Shown: positions 18,001 through 31,235 of the stretch, piece after piece | How positions within the stretch are numbered: the stretch's first letter is position 1 | Layout: every line of letters starts with the position of its first letter | NCBI GenBank assembly: GCA_965250005.1 | Contig: OZ252279.1 | Span: 1,410,001 to 1,442,000 of the forward strand | Length of the DNA stretch: 32,000 nt | Source of the DNA: Demequinaceae bacterium | Lineage (GTDB): Bacteria > Actinomycetota > Actinomycetes > Actinomycetales > Demequinaceae | Direction: 5' to 3' | The notes under the pieces: model-generated | Databases searched by the model: none | What the model saw: the letters and a program-made list of their open reading frames with translations, nothing else | What the model was told of the DNA's origin: nothing | Program-made: the position numbers and the translations under genes

Positions 18001-19008
18001 CTACTTTCGCTTGCGGTTCTTGCGCTTGGGCTGCTCGCGCTGGCCTTTGGTCTCAGGCTCGATTTCTGGCTCGTTCTCTTCGATAAAGCCCCTGGCCGCG
18101 GCTTTCTTGGCCGCGCGCTCCTTAAGGGCCCTCTCCGCTTCAGAGCCGGGCGTCGGGTTCCGGCGGATCACGTAGAACTGCTGGCCCATGGTCCAGAGAT
18201 TCGTCGTCGTCCAGTAGATCAGCACGCCGATTGGGAAAATTGGGCCAGAGATCACGAAGATGAACGGCAGTGCGTACATCATGATCTTCTGCTGCTGAGC
18301 CATCTGTCCTTGAAGCGCTGCCGCCGGCATGTTCTTGCGGGTGAGCTGACGCTGGGTGAGGAATGTCGTCGTCACCATCGCGGCTATGAGCACGGCGGCG
18401 ACCAGTTTCACCGATCCGCTGTCGCTCGTGTTGAAGGTCTCCGAAAGTCCGGCTCCGAAGATGTTGGAGTCGTGCGCGAGTTGGGCAAGCTTCCCCGTCA
18501 TCGCGCCGATGCCGTCGTATTCCGGGATCGGCGCGTCCCCAACCGCCGTGCCGGCCTCGAGCGCGACCTCATAGTCCTTGATGGCGGGTGCGTTCTCCGG
18601 CTGGAGATGCACGTTGAGGGTACGGAACAACGCGAAGAAGATAGGTGCCTGGACCAGGATGGGCAAGCACGACGCCAGCGGGTTCGTCTTGTGCTTGGCG
18701 TACAAAGCCATAGTCTCGCGACTCAACGCCTCTCGAGATGCCTGATCCTTCTTTCCCTTGTACTTGGCCTGGATCTTCTTCAAGTCCGGGGCGATGATCT
18801 GCATCGCACGAGAAGCCTTGATCTGCTTGACGAACAACGGGATCAGCAGGACGCGAATGAAGATCACGAGTCCGACGATTGACAGCGCCCAGGTCCAGCC
18901 AGACGTTCCGTCCAGGCCGAAGAACGTGAGCACCTTGTAGAAGCCGACGAGCACGTATGACACCGCGATCTCGAGCGGTTTCAGGAAAGCAAAAAAGCCA
19001 CCATCCAC
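18001..19008 (-). CDS. yidC: Membrane protein insertase YidC
   Basis: 335 aa ORF with SIVGLVIFIRVLLIPLFVKQIKASRAMQIIAPDLKKIQAKYKGK, QAPIFFALFRTL and a basic C-terminus. Confidence 0.95.
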   Translation of the reverse strand: MDGGFFAFLKPLEIAVSYVLVGFYKVLTFFGLDGTSGWTWALSIVGLVIFIRVLLIPLFVKQIKASRAMQIIAPDLKKIQAKYKGKKDQASREALSRETMALYAKHKTNPLASCLPILVQAPIFFALFRTLNVHLQPENAPAIKDYEVALEAGTAVGDAPIPEYDGIGAMTGKLAQLAHDSNIFGAGLSETFNTSDSGSVKLVAAVLIAAMVTTTFLTQRQLTRKNMPAAALQGQMAQQQKIMMYALPFIFVISGPIFPIGVLIYWTTTNLWTMGQQFYVIRRNPTPGSEAERALKERAAKKAAARGFIEENEPEIEPETKGQREQPKRKNRKRK

Positions 19009-19018
19009 GATTGATCCC

Positions 19019-19333
19019 CTAGTTAGTTGTTACAACACGATGAGCGCGGGCAGACGAATCATTATTCCTCGAGTGGCGAAATAGCGGCTCTCCAGGCTCC
19101 GGCACGTCGTCGACGCCGCCGTAGCTCCAAGGGTTGCACCGCAGAACGCGCCAGCCCGCTAGTGCCGAACCGGCCAGGAGCCCGTGGCGTTCGACTGCAG
19201 TGTAGCCGTAGTGCGAGCACGACGGGTAGTACTTGCAACGTGGTCCCAGGAGTGGTGACAGCGTCCACTGGTACAGGCGAATCAGGCCCATGCCGCCCAG
19301 GCGCGGAAGGCGCACGAGGAGGGTTGTCATCAC
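19019..19333 (-). CDS. yidD: Membrane protein insertion efficiency factor YidD
   Basis: 104 aa ORF with [34 protein letters not shown]...[19 protein letters not shown]. Confidence 0.95.
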   Translation of the reverse strand: MMTTLLVRLPRLGGMGLIRLYQWTLSPLLGPRCKYYPSCSHYGYTAVERHGLLAGSALAGWRVLRCNPWSYGGVDDVPEPGEPLFRHSRNNDSSARAHRVVTTN

Positions 19334-19674
19334 GCGTTCGCCTTGTTCACAGTCTCGCTCGCCGCGGAACGAACGTCCCGATTGAGACTGCTGAAGGTCG
19401 CGGTAGCAGTTGTCGGCAAGGCTCGAACGACCATCGACGTGTGCTCCGGCAACGTGGGCAGGATCTCGCTGGCGATCGCGCGCAACCGGCGCTTGACGCG
19501 GTTCCTGGTCACGGCACCGCCGACGGCCTTGGAGACGGCAAAGCCGGCAATGCTCTCCGCATCGCCGGCGACTGACATGTAGACAACGACCGTCTTTCGC
19601 CCGCTCTTGTGACCGCGGCGCATCACAGACTTGAAGTCTGACGCCGCCCGCATCCTCGAGCTGGCAGGAAGCAC
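19330..19674 (-). CDS. rnpA: Ribonuclease P protein component
   Basis: Track ORF is 19330-19719, but its first 15 codons lie in rpmH. The in-frame GTG at 19674 gives [33 protein letters not shown]..., the usual RnpA N-terminus. [19 protein letters not shown] motif is present. Confidence 0.9.
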   Translation of the reverse strand: MLPASSRMRAASDFKSVMRRGHKSGRKTVVVYMSVAGDAESIAGFAVSKAVGGAVTRNRVKRRLRAIASEILPTLPEHTSMVVRALPTTATATFSSLNRDVRSAASETVNKANA

Positions 19675-19675
19675 T

Positions 19676-19813
19676 TCAGGCCGAAAGTTCGTTCCGACCC
19701 TTGCGACGACGTGCCGCAAGAATGGAGCGGCCGGCTCGCGTGCGCATGCGCAAGCGGAAGCCGTGTGTCTTGGAACGACGGCGCGTATTGGGCTGGTAGG
19801 TCCGCTTGGTCAC
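19676..19813 (-). CDS. rpmH: 50S ribosomal protein L34 (45 aa, GTG start)
   Basis: Manual translation of the minus strand: (V)[44 protein letters not shown] stop. Classic L34, missed by the ORF track because of its size. Confidence 0.96.
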   Translation of the reverse strand: MTKRTYQPNTRRRSKTHGFRLRMRTRAGRSILAARRRKGRNELSA

Positions 19814-20016
19814 GGGTAGCTCCACGGTCTAGAGGGGTGGTCAAATCAGCGACCCCACGCTACGTGATCGGCCATGGAGCGTCAAATCTGACGTCACCCG
19901 TTGGCGGCGCGGCCCGAACAGGATAGGCTCCACCTTCAGCACCCTTACCCCGGTAGCGACACGCACCACAATAGGTAACGAATAGATGACGGCCACTCAA
20001 CCGGTGTGCAGAAGGT

Positions 20017-20025
20017 TGTGGACAA
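20017..20025 (-). promoter_or_regulatory. DnaA box (TTGTCCACA on the minus strand) upstream of dnaA
   Basis: TGTGGACAA on the + strand, one mismatch from TTATCCACA and the preferred form in high-GC actinobacteria. About 22 nt upstream of the dnaA start. Confidence 0.65.
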
Positions 20026-20046
20026 GATAGCGAAAGGCAGACGTTC

Positions 20047-21441
20047 GTGGCAGATACCAAGGTTGACGAGACCATCGAGTCGGTCTGGACCCGGACGCTC
20101 GAAGTGCTCCGCTCCGATGAGTCACTCTCCCCGCAGAACCGCTCATTCATTCGGCTAGTCAAGCCGCTCGCTGTTGTAGACGACAACGTGTTCCTCGCCG
20201 TCGCGGAGGACTTCACCAAGAACTATCTCGAGACGCAATTACGTAGCCCCATCACTCAAGCGCTCGTCACCGTCCTTGGACGTGACGTTCGCTTCGCCGT
20301 CACCGTCGACGCGTCCGTCGTTCCTGCCGAGAGCACGGAGCAGGACGAAGATCCTGAGCCGCGGCGTTCCCCGCGCAGTTCAAAGAACAAACCGCTACCG
20401 GCGGAAGATCCTCACCTGAACTCGCGGTATACCTTTGACACGTTCGTCATCGGCGCGTCAAATCGATTCGCTCACGCGGCGGCCCTCGCTGTCGCTGAGG
20501 CGCCGGGAAAGACCTACAACCCTCTCTTCATCTATGGCGACTCTGGGCTCGGCAAGACCCACCTGCTGCACGCTATCGGGCACTACACCCGACACCTCAA
20601 GCCGCAAACACGCGTGCGCTACGTCAATTCTGAGGAATTTACCAACGACTTCATCAACGCGATCCGCGACGACCGCAAACTAGCGTTCAAGCGGCACTAC
20701 CGCGAAGTCGACATCCTGTTGATCGATGACATCCAATTCCTGCAGGGAAAGGAACAAACGCTCGAAGAGTTCTTCCACACGTTCAACGCCCTTCACGATT
20801 CTGGCCGCCACGTGGTGATTACGTCTGACGTCAGCCCTCGGAATCTTGACGGCATAGAGGAGCGCATGCGGACTCGTTTCGAGTGGGGCCTCATGACCGA
20901 CGTCCAGGCCCCTGACCTCGAAACGCGGATCGCCATCTTGCGGAAGAAGGCGGCGGTCGATGAGGTTCAAGCGCCGGACGACGTCCTCGAATATATTGCC
21001 TCCAACATCTCGACGAATATCCGCGAACTCGAGGGCGCACTCATCCGCGTCACGGCATTCGCCGCGCTCAACAAGCAGTCAATGGATTTCTCGCTCGCGC
21101 AGGTTGTCCTCAAGGACCTCATTAGTGATGACGACTCTGAAGTCACCGCCGCAACAATCATCGGCAAAACCGCCGAGTACTTCGGGATCACCATGGATGA
21201 ACTGACGGGGACATCGCGCTCGCGCGTCTACGTAACGGCCCGCCAAGTGGCGATGTACCTCACGCGCCAGTTGACGGATTTGTCGCTACCCAAGATTGGT
21301 GAGCACTTCGGCGGTAAGGATCACACCACTGTGATGTATGCGGTAAAAAAGGTTGAAGACCAAATTGCGCAGCGTCGGCAAATGTATAACCAGGTCACAG
21401 AAATTCACTCACGCATCAAGCAACAATCGCGCTCTCAGTAA
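20047..21441 (+). CDS. dnaA: Chromosomal replication initiator DnaA (GTG start)
   Basis: 464 aa ORF with PLFIYGDSGLGKTHLLHAIGHY, DIDDIQFLQGKEQTLEEFFHTFN-like region and the domain IV signature PKIGEHFGGKDHTTVMYAVKKV. SD-like GAAAGG lies upstream. Confidence 0.98.
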   Translation: MADTKVDETIESVWTRTLEVLRSDESLSPQNRSFIRLVKPLAVVDDNVFLAVAEDFTKNYLETQLRSPITQALVTVLGRDVRFAVTVDASVVPAESTEQDEDPEPRRSPRSSKNKPLPAEDPHLNSRYTFDTFVIGASNRFAHAAALAVAEAPGKTYNPLFIYGDSGLGKTHLLHAIGHYTRHLKPQTRVRYVNSEEFTNDFINAIRDDRKLAFKRHYREVDILLIDDIQFLQGKEQTLEEFFHTFNALHDSGRHVVITSDVSPRNLDGIEERMRTRFEWGLMTDVQAPDLETRIAILRKKAAVDEVQAPDDVLEYIASNISTNIRELEGALIRVTAFAALNKQSMDFSLAQVVLKDLISDDDSEVTAATIIGKTAEYFGITMDELTGTSRSRVYVTARQVAMYLTRQLTDLSLPKIGEHFGGKDHTTVMYAVKKVEDQIAQRRQMYNQVTEIHSRIKQQSRSQ

Positions 21442-21876
21442 CGCGCGTTCTTCCGGCGGTTTTGGACACCCCTACGGGTATTGCTGCCAACAATCTACGG
21501 AAATAGCGAGATAACGCTCGCAGTACACACCTGTGAACAACCCTGTGAGTACCCGTGGATGAATGGTACATCTCCGGGGGCGGCCTGTGGATAACATGTG
21601 TACCACTAATAGACAGTTCAGATCATCCCCAGACATACGGGAACTGCCCTTCGGGATGTCAACACCTCATACACATGGTGAAACCACCAACTACCTGCCA
21701 CTACTTGGGTTATCCACAGTATCCACAGGTGTTACTACTACTACTTCCTTTCGTTACTAGATCTAAGGATTAGACCCTTCAAGCATAAAACTTGTTGGGC
21801 TAAAGGCTGTAGCCAAAGGCACTCATCGGTGTGTCAGGTTGGCGTAGTGTATGGCTGAAGAACCCAAGGAGAAAAC
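21442..21876. other. oriC: Chromosomal replication origin oriC (dnaA-dnaN intergenic region)
   Basis: 435-bp non-coding gap between dnaA and dnaN with TTATCCACA-type boxes at 21586-21594 (-), 21710-21718 (+) and 21719-21727 (+, GTATCCACA), followed by a TTACTACTACTA run and a visibly AT-richer stretch. Confidence 0.92.
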
Positions 21877-23004
21877 ATGAAGTTCTCGGTCGAACGCGAT
21901 GTGCTCGCGGACGCTGTCGCGTGGACATCACGCGCCGTCCCCGCGCGTCCGCCTGTTCCCGTACTCGCTGGTGTGTTCATCGACGCGACCGACGACGGCG
22001 TGGTGAAGGTTGCAAGCTTCGATTACGAAGTATCTGCACGTGGACAGTTTCCCGCCACTGTCGACCAGGCCGGAACCGCATTGGTTTCAGGCCGCCTTCT
22101 CAAAGAGATCGCCAATGCGCTGCCACACAAGCCGGTTGAATTTTCCCTTGATGGCACTAAAGTCTCTGTTACGTGTGGTGCGAGCCGATTTACGTTGGCA
22201 ACAATGCCCGTCGACCAATACCCGGACCTTCCACAGTTCCCTGAACAGTCAGGAACCATTAACGGCACGGATTTTGAAAAGGCTGTTGCGCAAGTGACAT
22301 CGGCAGCGTCGCGGGATGAAACTCTCCCGATTTTGACCGGCGTTCGCATGGAGATTGAAGGATCGAATATTTCTCTTCTAGCGACGGACCGCTACCGCCT
22401 CGCGCTGCGAGAGATGACGTGGAAGCCTAGCAAAGCGGACGTATCTTCGGTGGCGCTTATTCGCGCGAAGACGTTGCTGGAAACATCCAAGGCCCTCGGA
22501 TCAGCTGAGGTGACCGTCGCCCTCGCGTCGGGAACAGGTGTTGATCTCGTGGGCTTTTCTGCAGGCGGCCTCGAGAGCACCTCGCTGCTGATGGACGGGG
22601 ACTATCCACAAGTGCGACGCCTCTTCCCGGACGAGTCGCCCATCAAAGCGGTAATCAGTGCGCCCGAGCTTATTGAAGCAACGCGCCGCGTGTCTCTCGT
22701 GGCGGAACGCAATAGCTCGGTCCGCCTTGCTTTCTCTCAAGGCGAGGTCGTTCTCGATGCAGGCCAGAGCGAGGACGCGCAAGCCTCTGAGGCGCTCGAG
22801 GCGACACTCACGGGTGAGGACATTACAGTTGCGTTCAACCCGCAGTACTTGCTCGACGGCCTCCTAGCTCTCCAAACTGACTATGTTCAATTTGGATTCA
22901 CGCAGGACTCCAAGCCCGTCGAATTTGTCGGTCTCGACAAGCCGGGTGGAGACCTTGCCGCGAACTTCCGCTATCTGCTTGTACCCATTCGCATCTCGTC
23001 TTAG
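21877..23004 (+). CDS. dnaN: DNA polymerase III beta sliding clamp
   Basis: 375 aa ORF, MKFSVERDVLADAVAWTSRAVPARPPVPVLAGVFIDA... and a C-terminal YLLVPIRI motif. SD-like GGAG upstream. Confidence 0.97.
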   Translation: MKFSVERDVLADAVAWTSRAVPARPPVPVLAGVFIDATDDGVVKVASFDYEVSARGQFPATVDQAGTALVSGRLLKEIANALPHKPVEFSLDGTKVSVTCGASRFTLATMPVDQYPDLPQFPEQSGTINGTDFEKAVAQVTSAASRDETLPILTGVRMEIEGSNISLLATDRYRLALREMTWKPSKADVSSVALIRAKTLLETSKALGSAEVTVALASGTGVDLVGFSAGGLESTSLLMDGDYPQVRRLFPDESPIKAVISAPELIEATRRVSLVAERNSSVRLAFSQGEVVLDAGQSEDAQASEALEATLTGEDITVAFNPQYLLDGLLALQTDYVQFGFTQDSKPVEFVGLDKPGGDLAANFRYLLVPIRISS

Positions 23005-23007
23005 CGC

Positions 23008-24147
23008 ATGCGCGTCAAGCAGCTTTCGCTGACAGATTTCCGTTCGTACACCCAGGCGGATATCACGTTCGGGCCAGGCGTTACCACTCTCGTGGGACGC
23101 AATGGCCAAGGCAAGACGAATGTGGTTGAGGCGGTTCGCTATCTTTCCGTACTGAACAGTCATCGCGTCGCGGTCGATGCTCCGATGATCCGCCACGGGG
23201 CCGACGACGCGACCATTCGGGCGAACGTCGAGAAAGCTGGCAGGTCGCTCACGGTTGAGGTCACACTCAGCGGCGGCCGTGCTAACACCGCTCGCGTCAA
23301 TCGCAGTAACGTGCGCCCGCGCGAGATCGTCGGGATTCTCCGCAGCGTGGTGTTTGCGCCCGAAGACCTTGCCCTTGTCAAGGGAGACCCGACAGATCGC
23401 CGACGCATGCTCGACGACCTGTGCGTCGTTCTCTCGCCGCCGCTTGCTGGCGACTACTCCGACTACGAGCGCGTGGTGCGCCAGCGCGCGACGCTACTTA
23501 AGTCTGCTCGCGGGAAGCCCACCGATCTCGGAACGCTCGACGTGTGGGATGAAAAGCTCGCCAAGCTAGGAGCCACCATCGTTCGCGCGCGGCTCGACGC
23601 GGTTGCGGCGCTGGAGCCCCTCGTTGCTGCAACCTACTCTGACATTGCGCCGGACGAAGGTGCCTGCCGAATCACGTACGAGTCCTCTTCGGGCGGCGCG
23701 GATCTCGGTGGACTCGACCACGGCGCTCTTGAGATGCGGCTGCTTGAGCGACTCGCCGAGGTGCGAGGCAAGGAGCTTGAACGCGGCGTTTGCTTGGTGG
23801 GTCCGCACCGAGACGACCTCACAATCCGTTTGGGCGAACTCCCCGCCAAGGGATATGCCAGTCACGGCGAGGCGTGGTCGTGCGCGCTGGCGCTGCGGCT
23901 CGCTACCTACGATTTACTCACCGCAGAGGGCGGGCCCGACGCGGACGCCGACGGCGAGCCGGTCCTGATCCTCGACGATGTCTTTGCGGAACTTGACGAA
24001 TCGCGTCGTGACGCTTTGGCTCGTCGGGCGGCAAGAGCGCAGCAGGTGATTGTTACGGCCGCCGTATCGCAGGACGTTCCCGATGTGCTCGCGGGTGACA
24101 TTCTGAGGGTGAGCGAGGGTAGGGTGGCGCGCGATGGCGACGGATGA
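23008..24147 (+). CDS. recF: DNA replication/repair protein RecF
   Basis: 379 aa ORF, LSLTDFRSYTQADITFGPGVTTLVGRNGQGKTNVVEAVRYLS, PHRDDLTIRLG, LILDDVFAELDESRRDAL. Confidence 0.96.
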   Translation: MRVKQLSLTDFRSYTQADITFGPGVTTLVGRNGQGKTNVVEAVRYLSVLNSHRVAVDAPMIRHGADDATIRANVEKAGRSLTVEVTLSGGRANTARVNRSNVRPREIVGILRSVVFAPEDLALVKGDPTDRRRMLDDLCVVLSPPLAGDYSDYERVVRQRATLLKSARGKPTDLGTLDVWDEKLAKLGATIVRARLDAVAALEPLVAATYSDIAPDEGACRITYESSSGGADLGGLDHGALEMRLLERLAEVRGKELERGVCLVGPHRDDLTIRLGELPAKGYASHGEAWSCALALRLATYDLLTAEGGPDADADGEPVLILDDVFAELDESRRDALARRAARAQQVIVTAAVSQDVPDVLAGDILRVSEGRVARDGDG

Positions 24148-24706
24148 CGGTGATCCCGACAGTGCCAGTGGTGAGGCACCGCGCGGCCCGTCCAGGACGG
24201 ACGCAGGCGAGTTAGCCAAGCGGGCGATGGAGCAGGCGCGCGGGAGCGCAAAATCTCGTGGGTCTCGACCGCGCTCCGCGCGGCAAGCGCGCAAGGACGG
24301 GGTGGCACGCCAGCGCGACGCCGGAGTCGGCCGGGCGCCGTACTCGGGGGGGCGCGACCCACACCTTTTTGGAAGAGAAATCACGGGCGTATTCCGACGA
24401 ATGGGCTGGACCGAGCAGATTGAGGTGAGCTCCGTGACGGCGCGGTGGCGTGAGGTGGTCGGCGAGCAGATCGCGGACCATTGCGAACCTGTTGGATTCG
24501 ATGACGGAATCCTCACCGTCAAAGCGTCATCTACGGCGTGGGCAACCCAGATTGGTTTGATATCCGGGGAGATCCGCCAGCGCCTGAACGAAGAGGTTGG
24601 CCGGCAGGTCGTCGCGGAAATCACGGTTCTCGGGCCTACCGCTCGGTCGTGGAAGAAAGGGCCGCGAACGGTCAGGGGTCGTGGACCAAGGGACACGTAC
24701 GGATAG
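24134..24706 (+). CDS. DUF721 / DciA-family protein
   Basis: 190 aa ORF overlapping the recF end by 14 nt. C-terminal WREVVGEQIADHCEPVGFDDGILTVKASSTAWATQIGLISGEIRQRLNEEVG is the DUF721 signature. Located between recF and gyrB. Confidence 0.88.
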   Translation: MATDDGDPDSASGEAPRGPSRTDAGELAKRAMEQARGSAKSRGSRPRSARQARKDGVARQRDAGVGRAPYSGGRDPHLFGREITGVFRRMGWTEQIEVSSVTARWREVVGEQIADHCEPVGFDDGILTVKASSTAWATQIGLISGEIRQRLNEEVGRQVVAEITVLGPTARSWKKGPRTVRGRGPRDTYG

Positions 24707-24761
24707 ACCCCTCTAAGCGGCACCCACCAGCGCCGCAGAAATACCTGTGGAGAGCAAGTAA

Positions 24762-29397
<4,636 letters not shown>

Positions 29398-29534
29398 TTC
29401 GCGCCGACCGCGCAGCTCGCCGCGACGACGGTAACGGTCCGCCGGGACGCTTGGGGAGCAGCGAGTACGGATTGCGGGTGCCGCGAGGTACAGTGGAGCC
29501 CGGCCGACGACGGCCGACCCCCTCGCAAATAGCC

Positions 29535-29552
29535 GCAGGCAATTGCCTGCGC
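29535..29552. promoter_or_regulatory. Perfect 18-bp palindrome CGCAGGCAATTGCCTGCG upstream of the SulP gene, function unknown
   Basis: Read directly. 18 of 18 self-complementary, centred in the gyrA-sulP intergenic region, 43 nt before the sulP start. Confidence 0.5.
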
Positions 29553-29595
29553 GCGCGCCTGCACGGATTGCGGCGCTCCTACCGAACGGAAATCT

Positions 29596-31092
29596 GTGTC
29601 CTTGCCTAACCCCGCGCGCCCCGCGCGGATTTCCCGACCGGCGTGGCTTTCGCCGCGCGTATTCCGAACCGAAGTACTATCCGGGCTCGTGGTCGCACTC
29701 GCACTCATCCCCGAGGCAATCTCGTTCTCAGTGATTGCCGGCGTTGACCCGCGCGTTGGGCTGTTCGCCTCTTTCACTATGGCTGTCTCCATCTCTTTCC
29801 TTGGCGGCCGTTCGGCCATGATCTCCGCTGCGACGGCTGCCGTTGCGCTAGTGGTTGCGCCACTTGCCCGTGAGTACGGGCTCGAGTACCTGATCGCCGC
29901 AGTGATTCTTGGCGGCGTACTCCAAGTTGCTCTAGCCGCGCTTGGCGTCGCTAAACTCATGCGCTTCATTCCGCGGTCGGTCATGATCGGGTTCGTCAAC
30001 GCATTGGCGATTCTCATTCTTATGGCCCAGGTACCGCACCTGACGAGCGTGCCCTGGGCTGTATATGCAATGGCAGCGGCGGGACTGATCGTGATCGCAT
30101 TCTTGCCGCGAATCACCACGGTCGTTCCCGCGCCGCTGGTGGCGATCGTGGGCATCACCGTGATTACTGTGGTCTTCGCGATTGCTGTCCCAACGGTCGG
30201 GGACGAGGGGACGCTACCCGACGGGCTGCCGACGCTGCTCTTCCCGGACGTTCCGCTGACCTCCGAAACGCTGAACATCATCTTCCCCTTCGCGATGGGC
30301 GTGGCCCTCGTCGGCCTGCTGGAATCGCTCATGACGGCCAAGTTGGTTGACGACATCACGGACAACCACTCTGACAAGACTCGCGAGGCGTGGGGTCAGG
30401 GCGCAGCCAACATCATCACCGGATTCTTTGGTGGCATGGGCGGTTGCGCGATGATCGGCCAGACCATGATCAACGTCAAGGCGGGACGCGCACGCACGCG
30501 CCTGTCGACCTTCATGGCAGGCGTGTTCCTGCTAGTCCTGGTGGTCGCGTTGGGCGACGTCGTCGCGATGATCCCGATGGCGGCGCTTGTGGCCGTCATG
30601 ATCTATGTGTCATGGGCCACGTTCGACTGGCATTCGATTCAAGTCGCGACGCTTCGCCGGATGCCCAAGTCCGAGACGATGGTGATGGTCGCCACCGTCG
30701 TCACCGTCGTGATTACGCACAACCTCGCTATTGGAGTGTTGGTCGGCGTGGTGCTTGAAATGATCATGTTCGCTCGCCGCGTCGCGCACCTCGCTCAGGT
30801 GGATGGCGTCCTCGAGGCTGACGGCGCTATCAAGCGCTACCGCGTTACTGGAGAGTTGTTCTTCGCCTCTTCCAACGACCTCTTCAGCCAATTCGAGTAC
30901 GGAAGCGACCCCGCTCACGTCGTCATTGACCTTACGGAGTCGCATGTGTGGGATGCGTCGACTGTTGCTGCTCTTGACTCGGTGATCACTAAGTACGAGC
31001 GCCGCGGCATCACCGTCGAGCTCCAGGGACTTAACGACACGAGCATGGACATGCGCGACCGCCTGGCAGGCCATCTGGCTGGAAGCCATTAG
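29596..31092 (+). CDS. SulP-family anion transporter with C-terminal STAS domain
   Basis: 498 aa ORF with [59 protein letters not shown]-like segment and a STAS-like [27 protein letters not shown]. Confidence 0.92.
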   Translation: [498 protein letters not shown]

Positions 31093-31235
31093 GCGGAACC
31101 GCCCAGGGAGCACGCCTACACCGTTGATCGTTGACACCCCGAACGGCGCTGTCAATGTCACGATCGGGCAGAGTCCGTGGCTGTTCGGGATAGTCTGTCT
31201 GCAGAAAGCGCGCATGCGCTGAACGAGGAGAAGTC

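Noticed and set aside
17974-18882. 302 aa plus-strand ORF antisense to yidC
   Set aside because: Overlaps a certain yidC gene; composition typical of antisense high-GC frames.
21638-21643. GGGAAC inside oriC as another SigR-like promoter
   Set aside because: No GTT at the required 18-19 nt spacing.
29398-29595. tRNA-Ile/tRNA-Ala, often found downstream of gyrA
   Set aside because: No cloverleaf-compatible sequence, T-arm GGTTCGA-like motif or acceptor pairing seen in this gap or in 31093-31235.
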